Assembly: GCA_043228905.1 (NCBI GenBank)
Contig: JBHGNT010000016.1
Coordinates: 9,238,001 to 9,302,000, forward strand
Direction: 5' to 3'
Length of the DNA: 64,000 bases
Source of the DNA: Azolla caroliniana
Taxonomy: Eukaryota > Plantae > Polypodiophyta
Shown here: positions 49,495-59,607 of the stretch, one piece after another
Numbering within the stretch: the first letter of the stretch is position 1
Layout: the number at the start of each line of letters is the position of its first letter
Notes under the pieces: generated by a model
Seen by the model: the letters and a program-made list of their open reading frames with translations, nothing else
Database searches by the model: none
Told to the model about the DNA's origin: nothing
Made by a program: the position numbers and the translations under genes

Positions 49495-52400
49495 GTCCAG
49501 CCAAAATAGGAGCCGTTTGGTTGGACAGCCCTAGATCTGTGCAGCCCATTAGTGGTTCCATTCCCTCTAAGCAAGTTAGTGATGTGTTCGTAGCCCAAGT
49601 AGCAGTTAGTACTAAAAGTACCCCTCCAGTACATACCTTAGCCCTTCTAGATTCCGGAGCTAATTCTTGCTTCATGGATAGGAATTTTGCCCGAGCTCAT
49701 CAGATATCTCTCAGAAAGCTCCCATGTCCAGCCTCAGTAGTAGTCATTGATGGTCGTCCCATTGCTTCTGGTAATATCATAGAAGAGTCGGAACCCGTTA
49801 ATATTGTCCTAGATAACTTAACATGTGTAGTATCATTTAATATTATTAGTATTCCAGAACATCCCATAGTTTTAGGATTACCATGGTTCGAGTTACATAA
49901 CCCAGACATAGATTGGAGGACAAGGGAAATCCGGTTGCGACAAACCCAAGGATCTACCCAGAAGGTTGCAACCATTTCGCTACGTCAGTTGCGTGAGGAA
50001 GGGCGCAAGGAGGAAATGTTTCTCTTCGCAATATCAGTACAACCCTCCAGTACCACCAAAGAGGAGTCCACCGTTCAACTTCCCGAGAAGTATCGTCAGT
50101 ATGCTGATGTGTTCGATAAAGTACAAGCCAACACACTTCCTCATCATCGGCCGTACGATTGCGCCATCGACTTACAACCGGGAAAAGAGCCGCCATGGGG
50201 GCCGATCTACAATTTGTCACCAACCGAGCTAGAAGTCCTTCGAGCCTATATAGAGGAGAATTTGGAGAACGGTTTCATTCGGCATTCGAAATCTCCAGCC
50301 GGCGCACCCATTTTCTTCGTCAAGAAAAAAGATGGCTCGCTTCGACTCGTTGTAGATTACCGTGGCTTGAATAAGGTCACAGTAAGAAATAGGTATGCTC
50401 TTCCCCTTATCTCAAGTCTTTTAGAACGGATCAACGGTGCCAGGTTCTTCACGAAGATCGACTTACGAGGAGCCTATAACCTCGTACGGATCCGACCAGG
50501 AGATGAATGGAAGACCGCGTTTCGCACCAGATATGGGCACTTCGAGTATACGGTCATGCCGTTCGGACTCACTAATGCGCCGGCAGTCTTCCAGCACATG
50601 GCGAATGATATATTTCGAGATCTCTTGGATGATTTTTTGATCATCTATTTGGATGATCTACTGGTTTATTCAAAGACCCAAGAAGAACATGATTCTCATG
50701 TACTATTAGTACTAAAACGACTTCGAGAACATGGTCTGTATGCAAAGTTAGAGAAATGTAGTTTCGGGTGCAACCAAGTGGAGTTTCTCGGCTATGTCAT
50801 CTCCTCAGAAGGCATATCTATGGACCCAGCCAAGGTCAAAACGGTGATAGAATGGCACACTCCGCGTTCGGTGCGGGATGTGCAATGCTTCCTAGGCTTT
50901 GCAAATTTTTACCGGAAGTTCATACAAAATTACTCAAAAATTGTGCTGCCTCTCACACAGCTCACCAGGAAGGGACAATCATTCCTTTGGTCTAAAGAGA
51001 CGGACATGGCTTTCGAGAGTCTTAAGAAGGCGTTTACATCAGCTCCAATTTTAGGTCATGTGGATCCGGAAAAACCATTCATTATCGAAGCTGACGCATC
51101 GGATTTCGCATTGGGGAGCATTCTGTCACAACAGGGTAACGACGAGAAGCTACATCCTGTGGCTTTCCACTCCCGTAAGTTTGACGCCGCCGAAATCAAC
51201 TACGAAATTCATGATAAAGAGCTATTAGCAATAGTTGATTCTTTTATGCAATGGAGGCATTTCCTGGAGGGATCTCCTCATCAGGTCACTGTATTCAGTG
51301 ACCACAAGAACCTTGCCTACTTTCAAGATGCTCGTGTACTGAATCGACGTCAAGCTCGGTGGGCCCACTTCCTCACACGCTTCGACTTCAAAATTACATA
51401 TCGTCCGGGGAAGCACCAAGGGAAGGCAGATGCATTATCACGGCGTTCGTATCTAACACCACGTCCTGGTGAGCCAGCTTTCGATAACCAGAAGCAAGTA
51501 ATCTTGGGTCCAGCACGACTGCAAGCAGCACAGGTCTTTGACATGCCCGTGGATTCCGACATTACTAATACTATACGTGAGGACTTGAAGACTGACGCTT
51601 TCGCCCAAGCTATACTAGCACAAATTGACCCCTCTCGAGCGTCATGTTCACAATCACAATCACCAGGTACGGATTATCGGCAATTCAAATACTGTGATGG
51701 ATTACTCTTCTTTAAAGAACTTTTGTATGTTCCTAATGGTTCTTGCCGCCTTCGAGTAGTACAAAACTGCCATGACACATATACAGCAGGACATTTTGGT
51801 AGTACTAAAACATTAGATTTAGTACAACGATCATTCTGGTGGCCCCGTATGCGACAATTTGTCGAAGATTTTGTTCGGACTTGCGATACATGCTGCAGAG
51901 CGAAAATGCCAAGACATCATCCATATGGTTTATTAGAACCATTACCAATTCCAAGCAAGCCATGGCAATCCATTGCTCTTGACTTCATTACAGATCTTCC
52001 AGTCTCCAAGGGATTCAGTGCGATTCTCACAGTGGTGGATCGATATACAAAGATGGCTCATTTCTTACCATGTACTAAAGAAATATCTAGTGAAGACACC
52101 GCCGAAATTGTCATGCGGGAAGTATGTCGGCATCATGGACTCCCTGATAATATCATCAGCGATCGTGGACCTCAGTTTGTGTCAAAATTCTGGAAGCACC
52201 TTTTTAAAATGCTGAAGGTCACTTGTCACCTCTCCTCCGGCTACCACCCACAAACCGACGGTCAAGCTGAACGAACAAATCAAACACTGGAGCAGTATCT
52301 GCGGTGCTTTCTCAACTATCATCAGAATGACTGGGCAGATATTCTTCAGTTCGCCGAATTTGCCTATAATAACGCTATCCACGCATCGACTAAAGTCACG

Positions 52401-53078
52401 CCATTCTACGCTTATACAGGATATCATCCCCGGTGGTGTGTCCTTGAAACCCCAGAAGTGTCCACAAATCCTTGCGCGGAGGATCGTTTGGAGCGGTTAC
52501 GCAAGATACAAGCGGATTTATCTACTCAACTCCAGCAAGCTCAACAATCACACAAGGACTACGCAGATCGTCATCGACTTCCATCCAGTTTTAACATTGG
52601 AGATCGGGTGTGGCTGCTACGACGACACATCAAGACTACTCGCCCATGTGAGAAGTTGGATTATCGGCGATTAGGTCCTTTCCGTATTATCGGGAAGATT
52701 AATGATGTCGCTTTTCGTCTCGAGCTACCTCCGCAACTTCGGATACATCCGGTGTTTCATAGTTCTCTCCTCGAACCCTATCACGAGAGCACTATCCCAG
52801 GACGTACTATACAACCACCACCTCCTATCGAGCTCGAAGATGGACCTGAGTATGAGGTCGCTGCCATCCTCGATTCCAAGATTGTTCGCAACAAGCTCTA
52901 CTATCTAGTCGATTGGCTAGGATATAGTCCCAGCGAGCGTACTTGGGAACCGATCGAGAATGTGACCAATGCTCGTGCTCTTCTAGAAGACTTCCATCAA
53001 CGATATCCCGAGAAACCGGGTCCTCAATCCAAAACGACTCGTGGAACTCGTCGTTTTAAAGGGGGGATAGTGTCATAA
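49482..53078 (+). CDS. pol: Pol (PR-RT-RH-INT-chromodomain), expressed by -1 frameshift from gag
   Basis: LLDSGA, YLDD, EADAS, integrase DFIT/SDRGPQF, GPF, chromodomain YEVAAILD..YLVDWLGY..TWEP; frame open from 49467, no ATG at its 5' end. Confidence 0.95.
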   Translation, partial: VKRLSPAKIGAVWLDSPRSVQPISGSIPSKQVSDVFVAQVAVSTKSTPPVHTLALLDSGANSCFMDRNFARAHQISLRKLPCPASVVVIDGRPIASGNIIEESEPVNIVLDNLTCVVSFNIISIPEHPIVLGLPWFELHNPDIDWRTREIRLRQTQGSTQKVATISLRQLREEGRKEEMFLFAISVQPSSTTKEESTVQLPEKYRQYADVFDKVQANTLPHHRPYDCAIDLQPGKEPPWGPIYNLSPTELEVLRAYIEENLENGFIRHSKSPAGAPIFFVKKKDGSLRLVVDYRGLNKVTVRNRYALPLISSLLERINGARFFTKIDLRGAYNLVRIRPGDEWKTAFRTRYGHFEYTVMPFGLTNAPAVFQHMANDIFRDLLDDFLIIYLDDLLVYSKTQEEHDSHVLLVLKRLREHGLYAKLEKCSFGCNQVEFLGYVISSEGISMDPAKVKTVIEWHTPRSVRDVQCFLGFANFYRKFIQNYSKIVLPLTQLTRKGQSFLWSKETDMAFESLKKAFTSAPILGHVDPEKPFIIEADASDFALGSILSQQGNDEKLHPVAFHSRKFDAAEINYEIHDKELLAIVDSFMQWRHFLEGSPHQVTVFSDHKNLAYFQDARVLNRRQARWAHFLTRFDFKITYRPGKHQGKADALSRRSYLTPRPGEPAFDNQKQVILGPARLQAAQVFDMPVDSDITNTIREDLKTDAFAQAILAQIDPSRASCSQSQSPGTDYRQFKYCDGLLFFKELLYVPNGSCRLRVVQNCHDTYTAGHFGSTKTLDLVQRSFWWPRMRQFVEDFVRTCDTCCRAKMPRHHPYGLLEPLPIPSKPWQSIALDFITDLPVSKGFSAILTVVDRYTKMAHFLPCTKEISSEDTAEIVMREVCRHHGLPDNIISDRGPQFVSKFWKHLFKMLKVTCHLSSGYHPQTDGQAERTNQTLEQYLRCFLNYHQNDWADILQFAEFAYNNAIHASTKVTPFYAYTGYHPRWCVLETPEVSTNPCAEDRLERLRKIQADLSTQLQQAQQSHKDYADRHRLPSSFNIGDRVWLLRRHIKTTRPCEKLDYRRLGPFRIIGKINDVAFRLELPPQLRIHPVFHSSLLEPYHESTIPGRTIQPPPPIELEDGPEYEVAAILDSKIVRNKLYYLVDWLGYSPSERTWEPIENVTNARALLEDFHQRYPEKPGPQSKTTRGTRRFKGGIVS

Positions 53079-53360
53079 CTAGACTCGAACCCATAACCTT
53101 TTGTTACACGGGTCGAGACTTTACCATTAGGTTATAAATTGTAATTTGAAGGATATTATTTTCATTTAGGTTTTATTGGGAAATTGATGTATATTCCAGA
53201 TTTCTCTGGAACATTCTAGAAACTTCAGGAGTATTCCTGAAGACACTATAAAAGGAGGCGCAAGGCATTAGTTCGAACCAAATCGGTTCAACGCCAGTCT
53301 TAAGCCTTCTAACTACTGTTGTATATCTTCCTTCATATAATACATATACCTTTCGCATCA

Positions 53361-53396
<36 letters not shown>

Positions 53397-53864
53397 ACCC
53401 ATTCCTTCTCTCAAAGTTCGACACCTCTCATAGTACTAATCCTTCTCTGTCTTAGTACTATTCCCCGACAATAGTACTAATCCTTCTTTTAGTACTAATT
53501 CCTTCTCTGCCTTAATAGAGTTCCTGACAGATCGACACCCTTCTTTCTCTCTCTCCTATCTATCTATCTATCTATATTCTATCCTTATCTAATGCTTACA
53601 TTAGTTCATGTCTCTAATAATGGGTACCAGAGCCTATGTTCTAATGTTTCTTTTGTTGGTTTTGTTTTCTTGATGGATGGCGATCGATCAACGTGCGGTC
53701 AACCTTGTTCCAAACAACAATCAACAAAGGAACTTCGGTAATCTTTCTTGTTTTTTTCTATTCTTTCTTCTTCCAATTTAATCATGTGTATGGTTAATAT
53801 GTAATTTTTTTTATAGATTCAATGATGTTGTAGTGGTAATTAATTGGTTATATAAAACGTTTAA

Positions 53865-54130
53865 ATATGTGCACGAGGTCAATACCTCATTTGACATATA
53901 AATAATATGTGATTAGTGTCATATGCATACGAGGTTAATACCTCAATTGCGTATTACGTTCACGTACATATGTTACGTATGCGTATGAGGTCAATACCTC
54001 GATTTCGTTGTAAATGATATGCGTTTGGTCTCATATGCATAAGAGGTCAATACCTCAATTGCGTATCATGATGAACCCTTATTTTTGGATGTTTCGTGTG
54101 CGTAGAGGGTATATGCCTCGATTACGTATC
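53865..54130. repeat. Array of five hairpins GAGGT(C/T)AATACCTC, 56-bp period
   Basis: Cores at 53875, 53931, 53987, 54043 and a variant at 54105. Confidence 0.85.
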
Positions 54131-54309
54131 TCGATTACATCATTTTTGGCTATTTGATATAACGATTTGTTTAATATATGCATATGTGGTCACGTGTATA
54201 CGTATTTGATCGTATATATGTGATAATATACATATGTGTATATAAGTTATTACGTGATTTTAATATCGAATGTCTCTAACACATATGAGGGACATAATCC
54301 TAACAAAGG

Positions 54310-54785
54310 CATCCTGTATACCGGAGGACACAATGCTGACCTTTCCCGATCTGCCCCCGGATGCCTTTGAGCTGGGGGCCATTTCGCGTCACGACACTTC
54401 CTTCGAGCTTATCGACTTCCTCGCTCGACTACAACTAGCGGCCACATGACAAAGGAACACGCAAATAAGGCTATAGTCCAGAGGGCTATCGCTGGCAAGC
54501 TAGAGTCCGAGCAAGAGGCGGCCCTACAGAAAATCGTTCGAAAGTGCCAAAATAGGAGCAACCACCTGCTCATTGAGTTGCCTGACTTGAATATGTCCTT
54601 GGTTGAAGTATACCAGGAATTGGCGAAGACGACCCGCGTAACCAAGGATATGGCTTCGAGTAGTAAACAAGCATGGAAACAAGCCAAACACACGATGGAG
54701 CTCTAGTAGGCTTTGGAAGCCGAAATAGCCGAACACGAACAACAACTCCTGGAAATAGAAGGTCAGGGCCAAGCCTCTTAACTCG
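54310..54785 (+). pseudogene. Fragment of the gypsy accessory ORF central domain embedded in the family F leader
   Basis: TSFELIDFLA / MTKEHAN / ELPDLNMSLVEVYQELAK align to TYFELMEFLA / MAEEHAE / ELAPLNAALVEVHRELAK of 268-1401. Confidence 0.8.
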
Positions 54786-56408
54786 CCATCATTGTCAATA
54801 CCATTGTTGTAGTGTAATTTGTACATTACATGAAAAATGTATGGAATACCCGATTGAATAAGTATGAAGAAATAGGAGAAAATATTACAGTACCTGTTAC
54901 ATGCATAGGCTACGATTCGAACGCTATATCTCTATGTTAACAATTTCAAACCTTATCATTATACTAACATATCATGAGTGTTAAAATAATAGATTTTCAA
55001 TATAGAAAAATTATCATCACGCATATTTTCAAACTCATGCATATCTAGTATGCGTGAAAACATTTAGAAAAAGCATGATAGAAAGAAAGCATAAAGTTTA
55101 GAAAAAAACATAAAGTTCATAGTTAGAAAAAGCACAAAGTCAAAAATAGCATGAAGTTAGAAAAAGCATGGATTGCTATGTGCTAATCCTCTCCCATCAC
55201 TATACAAGGTTGGGAGCAAGATGTATTTGGTGTGTGAAAAAATTCGGAAGTGATAAATTTTGGGGTAAAATTCTTGGGTATTATTAGGGTTTTAAATATG
55301 GATTAATCTAATAAGCTATACTCGTGGGATTCACAAGTTTTCTATATCTCTCTCTTTCAATATATTCATATTTTTATGTAAATATTGATTAATAAAATAC
55401 ATTGTACTCGTGGGATTCACGAATTTTTCCTATCTCGCTTTCTTACAAACTATTCATATTCTTATCGGTCTTAAAATTCTCCTCCTAGTCCAAAACCTTG
55501 ACGGTTTCCACCCTACTCATGCAACGATCCGACGCCGAAAGGCACGACACATATGGTGAACCCGACATGAAGAAGGGTGGCAAGGAAATGGAGAATCAAC
55601 ATGATGATGATCATGTTCAAGCAGATGCTACATGAACAACGAGCCATGTCGGAGATCGCGACGGCATCAAAGCGACTTGTGCAACGAAACACGTAATTCA
55701 ACATAAAGGATGTGTCACGTTATCTACGTGACTACAAGGTGGAGATGTTGTGATGTGGGACACTGGAAAGATTACAAATGATATCCTTCAATTGGATGGT
55801 TACCGATGGGCTGCAAGAATGCATCCACAAGATACGACAATAAAACCCGACAAGGTTGTCGTTCAAGAAAGCTCTATTGGAGGTATATGATTACAAGAGA
55901 CCAAAGGGACAAGGTCAGCACGAGTTCGACTAGTGGGTGGCATCGAAGAAGACCCACCAAAGCGCAACACAAGCATTCCTAGAGTTTTAGCGTCGTTTTG
56001 CTCAACTCTCGGAGCGGGAACAAAGATTGGTGGGGGTGGATAAAGTCCTATTGTTCATGAAGTTGATTGATAGAAAGGAAAGGATGGTCATCGGGATCAA
56101 ACTTGAAGATGATGATGGTGCAAATGGCCTCACCGAGGATTGGGCCAAAGTCGAAAGAGTATGCCGAAGACATGATAAGAGGAAGATGAGAATCTTGTTA
56201 GCAATAACATGACCTATGAGGGGTGGTCGATTGAGGACAAACGATGTGGCCAATACGAGGTGCAAAGTACGATACAACGGTACCATGGGAGAGGGTGTGG
56301 AACAAGTCACCCTCTCGTCTTGCGAAAGAACGACAGCCAAGGATAAGGCCAGTGATTTGAGAGTGGCGAACACCACTTCATAGTTGGAAGAAGGTTTGGG
56401 GACACGAT

Positions 56409-56671
56409 TGTAATAGAAATAGTTCTCGGCCACAACCGAGTTCCACTATGTAAATGGAAGATTGAAGAAAAATGTATCAATGCAATTACAGAGTCAACCA
56501 AGATGACACCAAATGGTAACGTAGAAACCCTAATTGGGGAAAAACCACGGGAGGCCACAGACTCCAACTATCACTATGAGAGAGGAATGGTACAAAAGGA
56601 GACTCATAGGCAATGACCTCGAGCTCTATCTTCGCCTACCGGCAGTTACAACAGAAAATACTTTTTGTTTG

Positions 56672-56705
<34 letters not shown>

Positions 56706-57812
56706 ACAAAGCTAACGTACTCACACACAATGTGCCTCTCTTCAAGGTTCATACCAGATCCGGCCGGACCCCTTCCGGGTCCATCCGATCCGGTTTCCGG
56801 ATATCCAACCGGTTGCTCCAATCCGGCTCATTCTTCTCCGACCCCCATCCGGAGGGACTGATATCTCAACAATCTTCCCCTTCACTCCGGTATGTGGTTT
56901 TCGTCAGTCTAATCCATCTTCGGCACGCATCCAGCGTGTCAGCTGACAACACCTTGGTCAGCATATTCAACTCGTTCTCCTCCGTATGGATCTTTGTTAG
57001 CGAAAATTCTTTATCTTCTACATTCTCCCAGATCCAATGACATCTCCTCTAGTGTGCTTAGTTCAGGAGTGGTAGGTTGCGTTCTTCGCAAGCTAGATGG
57101 CACTTTGACTATCGCAATAGAGACGATATTCCTCCTATCGGATCCCTAGCTCTCCGATCACATCCTTCATCCAGACAGTTTGCAATTTTCCGCAATGTCA
57201 ACCCAACCGGCTTAGTATCCGTCATGTTGAACTGTTGGAGCACCTTCGTCATGTACTTCTCCTGTGACGGCCACAATAGCTTCTTCATCCAGTCCCAGAC
57301 TATGTGCATCCCCAGTATCTGTCTCGCCGGACCCAAATCTTTCATTGAGAAGGTTCGGTTCAAGGCCTTCTTTAGATTCCTGATTTTGATTCGGTCCGAC
57401 CCAACGATTAGCATGTCATCCACATACAACAAAAGTATCAGGAAGTCGCCTCTGTCGAACTTGTTCATGAACATGGAGTGGTTGGCCTACGTCTTGTGGT
57501 ATCCTTGGCCGGTCATGATGGAGTCGAATTTTCGGTACCAATGACGAGGAGCTTGCTTTAGTCTGTATAAGCTCTTCTTCAACCAGCACATGAGGTGCTC
57601 CTTCCCTTTCTTGACAAATCCCTCCGGCTGCTGCATGTACATCTCCTCCTCGAGGTCACCATGTAGGAACACCGTCTTGACATCTAGTTGCTCTACCTCG
57701 AGGTCCATGCTTGCTGCTATGCTAAACACTGTCTGGATGGATGTCATCTTGACTACCGGGGAGAAGATCTCATCGAAATCCACTCCTTTCTTCTGTTGGA
57801 TGCCCTTCACCA
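56409..57812 (-). mobile_element. Family E copia 3' portion (LTR about 56409-56871, PPT, deleted RT/RNase H)
   Basis: LDVKTVFLHGDLEEE, LLYVDD; PPT TGAAGGGGAAGAT. Confidence 0.8.
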
Positions 57813-58656
57813 TGTTGGCCATAGCGTAATCATGAGGCCATAAGAATAGAACGAAGTGTTACGTATGCTTGTAACGGTTCACACTCCAAGCGCAACCAAT
57901 GTAGACCTTGTATATAAAGGGCATGGAAACAAAACTTAAAAAGCTAGTGTAGAATTTTGATACTTCTCTGAATATAGTCTTGTTTGCTCCGACATACTAT
58001 CTTTTCTCTACGTATGCATATGCATGATTATCAGTGTGAGTTGTTCTATGTTGAGTCTTGCGCATCATAGTGAAGTGCGTAGGAAGTCGGTTGTAGCCGT
58101 CTTCCTAATTCCCTTGATCTCCGTGTTCACGCCCCACTACGCATTTCGAACACAGTCACCCGTAAGACAGTCATGACACACATTCCACATCCTGAACCAT
58201 AGTCTTCTTGAGCCTTACCCCGAAGGACGGAGGGTAGGTCATGGTTACCCTAGCCGGTAACACTTTTGGCACGCCTGGTGATCTATGATTTTTACACAGT
58301 TGAACATCAGGGGATGGATGTCGTCTAGCCGCAGAAGCAAAAAGGAACCAATCTACTGAGTTATTAGACCGCAGACTTGGGCCGAAACCCGAAGGGCAGC
58401 AAAACACACTACGCAAAAAGCGCGCCTTAACAACTGCTCTGCAGATCTTTCTAGAAGCACACTCAATCGACGCTCACTGAGCAAAGTAGGATAGGGCAGG
58501 AGGTCCTTTCCCTATTTCACCATAGTAGTGAAAGCATTAGCATGACTCAAACATCCCCACACCGCATTGACACTACTTCCCACAACTCCGGACAATCTAC
58601 GAGAATAGTGATGGCTTTCTTGTACCCTCGATTCAGCGGAGAAACCGATGCCGAAG
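57813..58656 (+). mobile_element. 5' end of a second Tat-like element: 450-bp LTR 57813-58262, PBS-Arg 58267-58280, gag start 58611
   Basis: TGTTGGCC..GGTAACA, TGGCACGCCTGGTG, MAFLYPRFSGETDA matches MAFAYPRFNGETDA of element 1. Confidence 0.85.
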
Positions 58657-59607
58657 TGTTAATCCTGGGCCGGACTAGCCACTAACAGAGGGTGTCCTTT
58701 CGGATCACTTCACCAAAGCGTGGTTACGGGGTTTATGCTTTCGGCAAAATTATAATTATATCTGAATATTTATGGTTCATTTCCGGATTAACAACATACA
58801 CGTGTTGATGCCATACGTAAGCTAAAACCATAAGCACAGAATGGAGGGAACATAATACTCTCAAAGACAATTCTACTTATATCTATTTCCTCCCTTAATA
58901 CATCGTTCTTCGGATCCTTTTATAGGCATCCGGTTCTGATTGCAAAACGGTGTCATACCGGCAACCGATTACGGATCAATCCGATCCGAATTGTTGCAAC
59001 TCTTCTGGATCAATTCGTTCCTATTTTAATTCTAGCTAATTAATAACTAATTACTTTCCACTTCCGACTCGTTCCCCACTTGTCTTTCATACTCAGGACT
59101 CCGGCCTCCGGCCAACACATTGCACGCCTGTGGGACAGTACATTGTATGTCAAACCCACGGGTTAGCCCCTTCAATCCTCAACGAGTATGTCCTAGATGC
59201 TCTGGTCCACGGTTTCAAGTGGGTCCTCATTCTGCTGTTGTTGTTTTCCAACTTCTTTAGGTTTAGGTTTCTCTTTTCTTGCATCGTTTTGTTGTTGTTC
59301 TTTGGCTTCTTTTGGTTGAGGTATCTCCATTCTTGCGTTGGTTCCCACATCCGCACCCTTTCTGGTTCTTGCCTGCTGCTCCAACCCGACCACTTTGTCC
59401 TGGTCCGCACCAGCTTCCCTTGTCTGTTCCCCGCCAACTTCATGTGGTAGCGGTTCCTCAATCTGCTCCTCATCACTCACTGATATTTATTGCCTCCATC
59501 CGTTGCTTGTGGTCTCAGTGCAGATTTTCGAAATCCTCCGTTTTCTGTTTAAGGCATCGGTTGATTTGAGAGCATGCTCGATCCTCCCGATCCTTTTGCT
59601 ACTAGAT
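58657..59607 (-). mobile_element. 3' end of a third Tat-like element: LTR 58657-59117 preceded by the end of the accessory ORF
   Basis: Minus-strand LTR TGTTGGCC..TTAACA with CCTATAAAAGG; 59520-59600 translates QKDREDRACSQINRCLKQKTEDFENLH, matching 63195-63280. Confidence 0.75.

Larger units (their letters stand above)
47765..53529 (+). mobile_element. Intact young Ty3/gypsy chromovirus (Tcn1/Tf1-sushi-like)
   Basis: 459-bp LTRs 47765-48223 and 53071-53529 that look identical, TSD GATCG, PPT AAAGGGGGGATAG, uninterrupted gag and pol. Confidence 0.97.
47391..56240 (+). mobile_element. Family F LTR element remnant: 5' LTR (47391-47764 + 53535-53619), Met-type PBS, long leader, degenerate gag-like region about 55690-56210
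   Basis: LTR highly similar to 62045-62499; PBS TGGGTACCAGAGC 53621-53633; gag-like NVSRYLRDY...LTEDWAKVERVC. Whether the gag belongs to this LTR is uncertain. Confidence 0.7.

Noticed and set aside
53865-54130. CRISPR array
   Set aside because: Eukaryotic LTR-element leader, no cas genes, and linkers 1 and 3 are related to each other, so it is a diverged tandem repeat
58657-58720. Hammerhead ribozyme suggested by CGAAA motif
   Set aside because: No CUGANGA core or three-stem arrangement found
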